Source: Oikopleura dioica
Taxonomy: Eukaryota > Animalia > Chordata
Direction: 5' to 3'
NCBI GenBank assembly: GCA_907165135.1
Contig: OU015569.1
Location: 10,478,001-10,542,000, forward strand
DNA: 64,000 nt
The notes under the pieces: generated by a model
Told to the model about the DNA's origin: nothing
Database searches by the model: none
Seen by the model: only the letters and a program-made list of their open reading frames with translations
Part shown: one piece after another, positions 50,262-62,559 of the stretch
Layout of the letters: every line of letters begins with the position of its first letter
Position numbering within the stretch: the stretch's first letter is position 1
Position numbers and translations under genes: made by a program

Positions 50262-52938
50262 CTACTTGAGGACGTAGAAAAAGGCTCGGTTCTTTTTGAT
50301 AAAGTGCATTTTCTCCAGCACGTTCTGGAATGGCTCGGTTTGCTCGCCAAGGTGCACTTCGATTATTTCATAGTCCTGCGCTGACAGGATATTCACCAGC
50401 GAACAGATCAGCAACGTCATCGAATGCAGCGACGCAATTTGGGTTTTTGAGCGAACAGCGAAATGCAAACGCGCTACAAAAAAGATATAAAACTACCTTG
50501 GATGGTACTACATTGGAACGCCCGCAAAACGACCAACTCGACGAATTAATTGAACACGTACCTTTTTTGTTATCGCGCAGAACAAGGGCAGCACCATGAT
50601 CGAGCGGGTGAATACTGAGATTGATCGAAAACGAAATTAACTCATCGTCGATTTCTAAGTCGTCGAGGCGTTGAAGATCGCTAGACGGCCAGAGCGTTGC
50701 ATCATCAAATTCCATGTCTATATAATCTCTATTATTATCTTTTCAAACTAAGGGTATAGTACCATTATCGGCAGAATTTCGAAAAGCGTTTTCCCGCGTT
50801 CGACTTGGCTCCGAAAATCGAAGAGTTGTTCCTGGAAACCAAGGGGTCGAGATTTCATTAAGAATGAATGAATTTACTGAAGAAGAAATTCGTTACTCCT
50901 AGAAATAAAATGAGAGCCCATTACATTCATTGCGGGGTAGAATAGAGGCGATTTTGTGGACGATAGCTAGCTCTGGGCCGTTCCCATCGTCATCATCGAT
51001 GTAATCGTAGGACTCCTTTTCGTGGAACTCTTTAACGGGGATGAGCGAGGGGTCTAGAATGTGCCCGAGGTCGGCGATGAATTGGATGTAGGCGATGGCC
51101 AGCGTGAAAATATTGGAAACGTCGATGAGGAACGGTAGAAGCATAGCAGCGGGGGAGTCGGAAATGGCGCACCTCGACATGCGATCTTGAATAAAAAAGT
51201 TCAAATTTCCTCCTAGTTTTCAATTGATTACCGGCAAGTGTGCTGATTTTCTCGTTAAGGTGCTGAACATTATTAAAGTTGTTGATCCATTGCTCGGATG
51301 CGCGGAGGGAGACTTTATTGGCGCAGAACATGAGCTGTTGGACGCAGCGAAACGCGTCTTCTCCATATTCGTAGGGCAAGTAGTAGAAGTCAGCGAGCAA
51401 GAGCAAGTCCTCCAGCTCGATACGATCAGGGGATGTTTGAGTAAAGCTGGGCAACCAATCGGACAGCGCATTTACGAGCGCGCGCCGGGGGCAGTAGCGG
51501 CCGTGCCTTAGGAAACAAATTGTTATAAAATAGAATTGATATATTTTTTACGATTTGTGCTCTTCTTCGCAAGTACTCTTTTCATCTCCAGACGAGGCGG
51601 TCGATTGCTTTCGTGGTCGAACTGTTAAAAATAAGTCTGTGTGTTCTAAGGTTCGTTTTGTAAATTTTTAAAGCGCATGCAAATCATCAGAATAAGTTAT
51701 TCTGATGATAACTTACCTAGTGAGAACGAGCGGAACCAGCTGGTTAGCGAGTGCATCGCCACGTAGTTGAAGTCGTACTGACAATTCGGATTCGTTAGCA
51801 CTCCTGCTGTCAATCCGACTAGGTCGGAGTGGCGCCCAGCGAACGGCCTGAAAGTTGGGCTTGAAAAAAGGTGATTTCTAGGTATTGCAACTATTCAATT
51901 TTGCCCGAGAACGAAGGTTCTTCGAAGTTTCTAGGATATATCTACTGTAACTTCACTTTAAGACCTCATAGAAGCTTAGTTCTTGGACAGAATTGAGGGG
52001 CGGGGACATATTTAAAAGATTTTGTCTTGATTAAATTATTGACCCTAGATAAAATCGTCGTCGATCGTAGTCGTTGGCGTGGATGTTGTCCCAGATGACG
52101 GGTGGGCGGCGGAATATCTTTCGGATTTGCTCGATCGACTCCACCGAAATGGTGCGGGAGACGACGCGCGGCCCGGTCCACATCACCAACATATCGGGAT
52201 GGAGCATCTTGCCCAACGAGCTCAGATACTCAGACTCCTCAACGTTAGGCTTCGCGAACGAGGCGCAATACTCTATTTTAAAAAGCAACGTTAGTCATTT
52301 CGCATTATATCAATTAGGAATATAGGGCCTCTCAAAGGTTCATCGTACCTGTTGGGCAAAAAAGAAAGTGTTTGATTTCCGGGCCGAGCTTTTCGAAAAT
52401 GAAATTGGCGACAGAAGCTTGTGCGTGTGCCGGGCTCTCGAAATTGCGCGCGTCTTCGGGAGATAAGTCCTCGTTGATGTCGTCGAATAGAATGGCAAAT
52501 GATTGGCAGCCAAGCTCCTTGATGTCCATAAATTTGTTCAAAAGCTGCTCCAGGTCGATATTGCAGGAATAGCGCAGATCCAACCCGGGAGCCATGGAAA
52601 AGACAAAGTCTACTCCATTTTCTTTCGAATTTTCAATTAGGCTTCTGAAAAAACAGCAAATGAGTCGTTATTTCGTAGAGATGTTCTGTTGCATGTAGTT
52701 CTATAATCCGGGCTACTTACTTTAGATTCTTGAGCTCGTCAAGGTCGTACTTGGATCGCCAGTTATGTCGATGCTTGTCATCGTGCTTCGGCGCGTACAT
52801 GTACGTATTCATATTGAAGCCCTTCATCTGCTGGAACAAGTTGCGGCGCTCTTCATGAGCCCAAGGGTTGCCGTAAAAACCCTCGACAACCCCAAGTAGA
52901 TAACTCGACCCCATCGAGCCGTCATCCGAACGTGTCAT
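50262..52938 (-). CDS. OGA: O-GlcNAcase (GH84), multi-exon
   Basis: GVVEGFYGNPW, YMYAPK, catalytic FAILFDDI, FCPT|EYC, VMWTGPRVVS, VIWDNIHANDYD, GVLTNPN and the stalk motif LEDLLLLADFYYLPYEYG. Confidence 0.95.
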
Positions 52939-53076
52939 CCGAGACAGTCTAAAACCACAACAAAATTGAAAAAAACGAAACAGCAAAGGCTTGAAGTTCT
53001 AGAACTCGACATTCTAGAGAAAAGAGAAGCAGGGGACTTTGAACTGTAACTTAAACATTTATTGGAGGCGTATTAA

Positions 53077-55912
53077 CTAGCTTTGGCTTTGCACTTCTTT
53101 TACGTTATCATTATTTTCCATTAACGATTCTAGTGAAGATGACCGCTCTTCGAGGAACTTCCAAGGCTGCTGGATGGCAATATCCGGCGCGTCAACCAGC
53201 TGCACTTGCGTTATCAAATTTCTTTCCTCTTCCTCTATACGCTCTTCGTCGAATTTTATTTCCGCTCGATTGGCAGCAAACTAAAATTACCATTTTAACT
53301 GACTCGCACTCGTTTGGACTCTTTGTTGTTTACAGTCTGATGATCCTGTCTTACCTTTAATAAATGCTCGGCAAAAGCTTCGATTTCCATCTGAGAATAC
53401 TTTTCTACGTAGCATAAGTTCACCGTTTTGTTCCAGTAGTCGTTCTCTGGATCGATCGCTAGAATGGATCGTTTCTATCAATTTAACGCATTTCATCTTA
53501 CCTAAGGTGTTTAGCTGATAAGAGGAGAGGGAAAACTGCTCCCCATCGAAGTTGACTAGCTGTGCAACGATCGGAACTTCCACATCATCATCTTGAAACT
53601 TTCCTTGATAGTGACCAAGGCCAGCAGTCCAAGAAAACCCCTAAAAACAGTGGTGATTTTTGGTGGTGTTTTGAGATGATAGGGCCCCGATAAGGCCTCC
53701 AAAAATTATTGTAGCGTTTTTACCTTCGTGTTAACTAAATACTGCTAAATATATTTACAGATATATACATTTGTCTATATACATCAGGGGATACTATCTG
53801 GGCAGTGGTAATCAACTAATCATTAATTAAATTATAAACTGACATATCAAAGATGGCCCTTATGGTTTTCAATCTTACTTGATAATCGCTTGCGATTTGA
53901 GCGCCTCGTCGATTTCTGACTGTATATCTGGATGTTCTACATCTGATTCTGCGAACCAAGCCCGATTGAACTCTGCGGGCATGGCGGAGACCTGAGTGTG
54001 GGAGAAAACATCGGAGCTGGAAATTCCGCGCGTGATTTCGGACAGCTTCTCTTGTCGATTCGCCATGTCGTAGTTTGACAGCATGTCCCCTAAAAAATGA
54101 TTGAATCAAGGGGCGAGGAGCATTATAAGAACAATTTGTACTGAATTTTCAGTTTTTAAATTTAATGACACGACAACGAAAAACTAGATAAAACTAGAGG
54201 GAACTAGATGAAGGTTCAAAGTTTCTTTGAAAACATAAAATAAAAACGTCACTACGGTATTTCTCTCTCAGAAAAGTCAGTAAAGTTGACGAAAATACCT
54301 GCGTAAGCGTGAAATCCAGGTTTGACGTAATTGCGCCACTGTTGTTTGTAAAATCGCAGCGCCTCTGGGGAATAGTCAAACCATGGAATTGAACGCATTT
54401 TGACCTCGATCTCAAGGGGCAGCACGACGGGCAGTTTTAACTCGTTGACGGAGGGCACTTCCTTTGTGTGCGTCGTAGTCAATTCTTCTTCGCTGCAAAA
54501 GGCGCTCGCTCGAGGCCGCAACGGTCGGAGAGGCGACGGAATTCGCGTCTGCTCGACTGGCGCGCAGACTGACTGGAACTTAGCAGGCTCTGATTCCTCG
54601 TACTTTTCCTCTGTCTCGCCTGGCGCGGTGGCTGAATAGCCACGCATCCAGAAATACAGTACTTCCGGGCGATCATCAGTTGTAGACGAGTCAGGTGAAC
54701 CAGCGAGCGTTTGAGCTTGATTCCAAATTGCTAAAAGAGATTATTATACATGCAATAGTCTCTAGATCACTCTTTCAAAGACCACAATGGTCTTTTTTTT
54801 TGTTAACAAGTTCATATAAAACTAAATATGGTCCATTCAACTGCCATATAATGTCTTGATGATTGAACGGTGGCTACAGTATCCACTGAAATTTTGAAGG
54901 GGGCCTTCGTATATCAAGTAAGGCCCTCAGTTTACGTAAAATCAAGAGAAAGGTTCACCTTTTACAATCTTTTCTCGTCGGACCCGCTCGACTTGAGCCT
55001 GTTTTGAGCTTCTATCTGCGTTTCCAGGTTCTCCAAACGTCGCCTGCGCCAATTCTAGCGTCGTTTTACAGAACTGCGCCAGACTTGCCACCTTCTCCGG
55101 ATCGACAGTAATTTGATTGTAAAGGGCAGGTCTGCCACGAATAAGCCGCGTTTTCGTTACGTGTTGGTACCAAAATGACATATTCGGCAGTGCGGATTTT
55201 CTGTAGGGGTGGATTACGTATTTGTAGTCACGCTCGCGTTCATAAAGCATTACTTTCTTCCAGACTTCGGGTTCGTTGGCGATTTCCTGTCTTGTAAGAG
55301 GGCTTCTTAAATCCACCCCTTCGACATTATTATGATTTGGATCGGTTGTCAACCAATTGTCCAAGTACTCGTCTTTGACTCTGCGATGAGGGAACGCTGC
55401 ACGCTCGGCAACGTTGATTCCATAGTCGAAATCTTCTCGTTTCTTCATCGACGCAAAAAACATTTTCTGGTTCTTTTTTGTCACTTCTGTTCGATGCCGC
55501 AGCGGGTCGAACGTCTGACCCGGGTGGCTGTTCAATCGGTTGAATTTCGTCGATTCTTCGTCGTTCAATCGCTGCAGCATGAAAAGATCTTTTCGATGGC
55601 CCTGAGTCAGGAGCGCCGATTCCCAAGTCGGAGTGTAGGCCAGTTTCGTTTCGGTCCCGGTGATCACTGCTGGATCCTTTCGGTAGTGGCCTCCCATCAT
55701 GGAAATGCGGTAACGGGAGTTCCATTCGTAGCCTTTTCGTTTTCGCGTCTTTCGGATTCGTTCCCAGCCTACTTTTGAGCCATCCACTTGAACAGCAGGA
55801 GAGGTACTCAGAACTCGCTCTGAACAACACTTTATTATAATAACTGTAGCAATCACAAAGAAAATCTACATTTCGTTCCGTAAAAAGACTGTTTTTGATA
55901 GTAAAACACCAT
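53077..55912 (-). CDS. MRPS30: Mitochondrial ribosomal protein mL65/MRPS30, multi-exon
   Basis: YKYVIHP..WYQHVTKTRLIRGRP and FSWTAGLGHYQG..DVEVPIVAQLVNFDGEQFSLSSYQLNTL match the MRPS30 family pattern. Stop TAG at 53079-53077. Start (ATG at 55912) is tentative. Confidence 0.8.
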
Positions 55913-56189
55913 TTTACTGCATAAAAGGAGCAATTTTACTGGTCAAAATGATTTATAAGTGTGCAAGGAACAGTTTTCTCACTGTTAAGAATTGATTTTG
56001 ATGTGTAGTGACATTCTTTTATGAAAATATGGCGTTTTATTTAATTTTGCTTTATGCAAAAGTACCTATCGTTTTAGGAACGCGCAAATTTCGTCGGAGC
56101 ATTTTCGATTTTTACGAAAAGACGACTCGATCGCCAGTTCGCGACTTTCCAAGTTTCAGTTTCCTTCTAGAATTCCTCGGCTGAGCTGC

Positions 56190-56250
56190 GCGGAGCTGGC
56201 GCGCGACCAATCAGACGCCAGATTTCACTCTTGGGAATTTCGCGCGCTGA
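56190..56250. promoter_or_regulatory. Candidate bidirectional promoter between MRPS30 and Dpy-30 genes
   Basis: TGGCGCGC (56197), CCAAT (56207) and TTTCGCGC (56238) in a GC-rich patch between divergent genes. Confidence 0.4.
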
Positions 56251-56424
56251 AATTTCTGAAAAGCGAGAAATCGTAAAAAAGGATGAACTTTGAAGAGATA
56301 AAGAAGGTTTGCGACAACAGGAATCATGAAAGGAAGCGTTTCAGTTTAATTTTAGTCAGTCACGAGTGAAAATTATTCAGTATTTAATTAGATTGGAAAC
56401 CTATTTCGCGAAACGCAAATTTAG

Positions 56425-56825
56425 ACCTGGTCCAGTTGAGCTTCAAAGTTTGCCGACAAAGACGTATTTAGGAAAGTGGCTCCTTTATTCAATTTTTAAA
56501 ATTCCAGAGTCAATTTTATGCCGTTTTTGTGCAAACTGGTGTTATTGATAGGCTAAGCCAGACCATAATGGCTTTTTATTGGCTGATAACCACATATCTC
56601 TATTATGTTCAAAGGCAAATAAAAATGAGCCAGGAAGATGAAACGGTTGTGCCACTGGTGCTTGAAGGGATGAACCTACTGGCGAAGGAGCGACCGGCGA
56701 CAGAAGAAAAGGCGATCGAGTGGTTTGCTGCCTTCCTCCTCAAAAACAAAAACTACAAAGAAGACATTCGAAAAGCCAAAGAAGCTGAAAGTGCGGCTCC
56801 AACACCAGCCCCTGGCAAGAAATGA
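56425..56825 (+). CDS. DPY30: Dpy-30 domain protein, copy 1 (start codon not resolved)
   Basis: PVELQSLPTKTYL|DETVVPLVLEGMNLLAKERP..AIEWFAAFLLKNK after removing intron 56472-56637; matches the Dpy-30 consensus LQSLPTRAYLDQTVVPILL..LAKERP..IEFLASYLLKNK. Confidence 0.8.
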
Positions 56826-57127
56826 TCCTCCCCTCTATTGTCCTCCTAAATTAGGAGTCCTTATAGCTTTATTTTTTATACAGAACTGAATAATCATATA
56901 TTTTTTCACATATTTCCGTCTCAAAAGTAGAATGATCGATATTCTAAGAAATAGCGGGCTCTAATTGGCTAATTGTGAAGCATACTGGCGTCTTATTGGG
57001 TAAAATATTCAGTAAGAACTCAGTATATTCTCCGCAACCCAATCAAAGGCCGTCGTTTTCAGCTGTCCTTCATTCTTGCGAAAAATGACATTTTCCACTT
57101 CATCTCTAGAATTATTTTCGTTTCAGA

Positions 57128-57425
57128 ATGTCAAAGGACTCGAGCGAGTCAGTTCCCAAAATCCAGTTGAAAGATTTGACGGGCAGAAAGTATCTCGAAG
57201 AAGCCGTCGTGCCCATTCTTACGCAAGCACTTGAGGATCTCGTCAAGGTATTTTCCCATTGTTTGGTCACCCCCTGAAGGTTTTTAGGAGCGTCCTAGTA
57301 ACTCCGTAACGGCCCTCGAATGGCTCGCCCAATACCTCATCAAAAACAAGAACTGGAAAGAGAAGCAAGAAAACGAAAAGAAAAAAGAGCTGAATAAAAA
57401 TAATGAAAACGAGCCAAAAGCGTAA
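57128..57425 (+). CDS. Dpy-30 domain protein, copy 2, 2 exons
   Basis: MSKDSSESVPKIQLKDLTGRKYLEEAVVPILTQALEDLVK|ERPSNSVTALEWLAQYLIKNK..EPKA*. TTTCAG acceptor 1 nt before the ATG. Confidence 0.82.
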
Positions 57426-57510
57426 AACCTCTGAAAAACCCGTCCAGACCCTTAAAATATCAATTATTGTTGAAAAGACAATCACGCCTACTTACGATCG
57501 ACTGCCTCTT

Positions 57511-58194
57511 TTATAGAAATTTAGCTAGAATTTCATCCATTTTCGAGAAATCCGCGGTAATTTGTTTCATGTTAATTCGAAAACAAAATTTCTTGTATTC
57601 TTTATATTTCGCCCACCACTTATTTTGCTCATACCTGTATTTCAACCCTCCTTTGACCAACGAACCAAAACCTGCTTCAACCGACTTCTTTAAAACGTTT
57701 AAATTCTCCTTTTTTCAGACGCTAGAGGCACAAAATGAAGTCCGCTTCATGCCTATTTTGAGGAGCTGGAAGAGCTTATGAAAATGTATCCGAAGGTCGG
57801 ATGCACTTTCAACGGTGCGTGCGAAAACGAGTGCGGAATGCACTTCCTGCACAAAAAACAAATCTCCTCACTGTTGCAGCGAGATACGAAGATAAGACCG
57901 CTTGGAACAACAAAACTCCTAAAAACGGATACTTATATTTTCTTCAAACGAATCAGCAGCGTAAACATTGTTAACCTCCAACATTGTAAAAATTGGATAA
58001 ACATGACTGTAAAGAAAAAGACTAACCTTAACTGTATTTAGACTGATTATAGACATCGAATGTTTCTGCGAGTGACGGATTTTGAGGCGCTTTTCTAGCC
58101 GCTGGTTCCGATCCTTCCAAATTGCTGGCCTAGGGGAATTGGCGGCTTGGAAGCGTCGCGGAGTCCTGAAGAAGTCACAAAAGTCCGAAAGCAT
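57511..58194 (-). CDS. Possible uncharacterised multi-exon gene
   Basis: ATG at 58194, several GT donors on the minus strand, and a terminal exon KFCFRINMKQITADFSKMDEILAKFL*. The internal exon phases are not resolved. Confidence 0.3.
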
Positions 58195-58427
58195 ACGGGC
58201 GACAATTTAATCATGGCGAAAATATTTCGCCATTGCGAAGAAGTTTGAAGAGTGGCCTAGTACACTCCCGTACTTCATCAGTCAAAGCATAATGCTTGAC
58301 GATGATATTTTTACTGGAACTGTCCTGTAAACTTCTACTTATTTTCCCAAACACGGATACTTATAACGCCTTTTTTCAAATACCATTTTCGTTTCTTTAA
58401 CCAAAGTCGACTCTAGAATGAAATGAC

Positions 58428-60062
58428 ATGGCGTCCGTGCCGCTAGCAATTTTTCTGGTGTTTCTTGGATGTGGGGCGAATGTCTTCTTCCTCGAGCATC
58501 TCATCAAAATTGACTCGACAAGGTATGCATCAACAAACTTGCACCCGTGTCGAGCTGTTTGTTTCTAGTGGACACTTGATAACTTGTGGCCAGTTTTTGT
58601 TGATCTCGTGCAAGCAGCTACTCCAGTTCGACTGGAGCAATGGGATCAAGATTCCCTTCCACCGCCATTTCCTGATCGTCGCCCTCTTCGTCTCGATCTC
58701 CGTCATCAACAACTGGGCTTTTTCGTTCGCGATTCCACTCACGTTACACATCGTCTTCCGTGCCGGCTCACTCGTCACCAACTGTCTACTTTCCAGACTT
58801 CTTCTCAATAAACGATTCTCAACGCATAAATATTTGTCTGTATTTATTATTACTGCTGGTAAGTAACTGTAGTTTTCGTGGCGTAGTCAGTAGCTAGTAG
58901 AGTGGTGCAAATCTAGGGTGAGAATTGGAAGGCCACAGAGGATTAGTGAAGAGCCTGTATCTTTTGCGTAGTCGAATAAGAGACCCGTAGCAAGGAGCAA
59001 TCAAAAGCTCATATCTTTTGCGTGAGCCCGAAAACATCTGAAGTCTGATTCAGATGATCTGGTGTGCCAGTAAGAAGTTCGTGTCTTTTTAATTTTATCT
59101 TAGTCCAGTCAAAAGTCGGTATATTTCGCGTCAATTAGATTCGTAGTTTTAGGAGTTTGGTGGCTAGCATCCATTATCAGTTAATACAAATCAACTGTCA
59201 ATTAGGAATAATTATTTGTACTCTTCAAACCGCCTCGACAAAGCCTCCCTCAACATCTTCCTCCGACGACTCGCCTCAATTATCCTTCGGCTTGTTTGTA
59301 CTCAGCATTGCTCTTATCCTGTCTTCACTTATTGGAATCGTACAGGAGAAAACAAGGTACTACAAGGACTTCTTTTTATATCGCTTTTTCCTTTCCACCG
59401 CTTTTCTGATTGCTGCATCCATAATTCGGCCTCTCAGAATCGCTGAAAGGAACATTCTTAAGAATAAGAAACGATTGTAGAAAAGAATCTGAAAAGTGTT
59501 CTAGGGACGAGTATGGGAAGCACCCGCTCGAATGTCTCTTTCTTCACCACTTCTTATCGTTGCCTATGTTTTCGTTTTTAATCGAGCCGATCAAATCTTC
59601 GGCCGCTGTTTTTTCCGCTTCAACAGCGATGGAAATCTTTGGCTTCTCCATCCCCTCGGCCTGGCTCTTCTTTGTCGGCAACTTAGCCACACAGTACATT
59701 TGTATTCGCTCAATCTTCGTCTTGACCTCTGAGTGTACCAGGTGAGCACAAAGGAAGCCTCTTTGCTAACCGATTCATCTTTAATTCTAGCTTAACTGTT
59801 ACGCTTGTTATTACGCTCCGCAAGTTCTTTTCCCTCGTCATTTCTGTAATTTACTTCAAATCAGCCTGGACCTACTGGAATTGGATAGGCACAGTTTTAG
59901 GTAACGAATAGTAATAAACCTCAAAATCGACCTAAAGAGTCTCATTCGGTCCGCTAGTAACTTGAGCTTTTAGTTTTCGGCGGCACGCTGATGTACGCTG
60001 AAGTGTTCAGCAGCTCCAAGAAAAAGAAAAGACCAGCTAAAAGTCACAAAAAGCCCCTGTAG
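58428..60062 (+). CDS. SLC35B4: UDP-xylose/UDP-GlcNAc transporter (SLC35B4/YEA4 family), multi-exon
   Basis: LAIFLVFLGCGANVFFLEHL, GHLITCGQFL, NNWAFSFAIPLTLHIVFRAGSL, EYGKHPLECLF, NLATQYICIRSIFVL and LTVTLVITLRKF. C-terminal KKPL* is a KKxx ER retrieval motif. Confidence 0.92.
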
Positions 60063-60336
60063 TGTTCCATCCTATCATAATTCTAGCGTAGAATATTCTA
60101 GATTACTATACAGGTGCGAAATGAAAGAAAAACGCAAGGTGTTCTGATTTTCGAATTTTCCAGTTTCCAATTTTAGTTTCTTCACTGCTCCTTTCTTATC
60201 TTGCTTTTATTTCAAACAATTTGGGTGTTTCTTATTTTGTGAATTGAATATTGAAAAACTGCTCATGGATAGTTCCTGAAAAAAATGAATAAAAAAGTAT
60301 CCAAGTCTGAAATTATTTAAGATGTTGTGTTGAACA

Positions 60337-62371
60337 ATGATTCATTTTGTGGTCCTTTTGCTTCTTGAAACTTGCGTTAGTCGCGTCTCCAGCGTCAGAT
60401 TCGATGCAGAGCATTCTCAAGTCAACTATTCGGGCATTGCCTCGGGAATCACCCTCCCAGTTTACTATTTTCAGCTCAATGTAGGTAGTAAGCAGGACGT
60501 CTTGAAATAGAGGTGAATTAGAGGACTGTGTTTCGCTTCCCAATCTTATTGAAAATTTTTAATTGACCATCTGTTACTGGTGGAGCTTTTATTCCATTTG
60601 TTGTTGAAAATGCGTAATAATTGCAGAAGATTATTGCGAGAAGACTATGAAATTAAGGGTGTTCTCTCTCAAATAGAATCTTGGTAAAAATGAGTCTTTC
60701 CAAAATTCTAGCTTTTCGACAAAAACGGCGAGCAACTAGATGAGTCGCCAGAGAACAATCCAAATGTTGAAGTATTAGGCGCCGACGGAAGCCAGATTCG
60801 ATCCAAGGTCGAACTCCTCGACACCAAAAATGGCCGCTTCATGGGTCGGATCAAGACATTCCAACTCCTCGAGAAGGTGACCATTCGAGTAACTGATGAA
60901 GATAGTGGAAAAGAATTCGGTAACTCGCGACGACGCTTTGAAAATTTGAATCACGACGAGTGTTCCTGTCCTGTTGAGATCGAGAGATTTCAAGAAGCGT
61001 TTGAGCTGGAGCATCGAGAAGACGATGTTCTCATTGGATTCGATCAGGTACAGCTTGCTTTTACTTAGAAATAGAAGTAATAACGTATGATCAGATGTCA
61101 TACGAAAGCAACAACGAGCAGATTCGAGAATATTTCGCTGCTCGTCCAAATAGTTGCGCGCTCTGCCACTATGTCATAAAAGCTGGTCGCATTTACCGCC
61201 AGTGCTACGGGAAACATGTCGGTTTCAACATGTTTTCTGATGCGACACTTATCGCGCTTTCAAGAATCGTCAAGCTGCCCGATGTGCAATTCTGGATGAA
61301 CTTGGGCGACTGGCCCCACTCGACAGTGAACAAGAAACGAAAGGAAGAACAGCTCTTTCAAATGGTTTCATGGGGATCGCATCAAGACTTCAAAGATCTC
61401 GTTGTTCCAACATACGATCTCATGGACTCTACGCTAGGTAAAGTCAACATGAATTCTCCAAAATGAACGTATTCACATGTTCGTTTTTCATAGTTAGGAT
61501 AATTTTAGAAGCTTTGTTCTTAAAAAGTACAGTGTGTACGCGGACTGATACTTCCAGTAGTAGTGGATCTAACGGATTATCTTCAGGGATGATGCATCGT
61601 CTCAGCAAGGATCAGTTCTCCGTTCAAAGTACGGGTCGCCAAACACAATGGACAGAAAAGATCGAAAAGGGCTTTTTTCGCGGCAGAGACAGTCGACAAG
61701 AGCGTCTCGATTTGGCAGAAATGTCGCAAAAGAATCCAGAGCTCATCGATGCCGCCATCACGCGATATTTCTTCTTCAAAGAAGACGAAAGCAAGTACGG
61801 ACCCAGATCGGAACACGTGCCTTTTGCTGACCATTTCAAATTCAAATACCAAAGTAAGCATAAATCATTTCTAAAGAGAATCTGAATTGAGCAAGAAACC
61901 GGTTTCCCACACAACTATTTAAGTCAACGTTGATGGGACCGTAGCGGCATATCGCCTGCCCTATCTCATTCTCGGCAATTCGGTTGTTTTAAAACAAGAG
62001 AGCGCTTACTACGAGCACTTTTACCCAAAGCTAGAGGCTTGGAAACACTTTATTCCGCTCAAAAGAGACTTGTCCGACATCGTCGAGAAGATCCAATGGG
62101 CGAAAGAAAACGACGCCGAAGTAGCTGAAATAGCAAGAGCTGCTCATCGAGTTGTAGAGAAAGAAACTGAACCGGTTAGGGTTCTTTGGAGCTGGATATC
62201 GCTGCTCAAGGTAAACTCGAAAACTTTAGAATTGCACTAGAACGTTTTGTTTAGCGCATTTCGGAGAAAATGACAGGAGAGGTCGAAATAAACGACGAAA
62301 TGGAAGAAGTGCAGATCCCAGTATCTCATAGACCCTGCTCCTGTAGTAGTAGACAACACAACGAACTGTAA
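60337..62371 (+). CDS. Protein O-glucosyltransferase POGLUT2/3 (KDELC family; filamin plus CAP10 domains), multi-exon
   Basis: Signal peptide [13 protein letters not shown]; [31 protein letters not shown] and [26 protein letters not shown]-terminal HNEL* is KDEL-like. Confidence 0.92.
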
Positions 62372-62559
62372 CTAGTAGAAGAACTGTCTACTAGAACTAA
62401 AACTAGTGTAGTACTAATTCTTATAGCTTCTGACAATTTCTGTAAGGTTACTGACTGTGCCTCTCTGTGATAAACACTGTATTGAATTAAGTCTATTTTC
62501 TTCATCAAATGGCAATTTTGTGATTCTACTTCTCGATTCTAGCGCTGATTTCTTTCAGA

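Noticed and set aside
52770-52800. OGA motif YAPKHDD instead of the usual YAPKDD
   Set aside because: The conserved lysine is retained and the catalytic DD pair is in FAILFDDI, so there is no evidence of inactivation.
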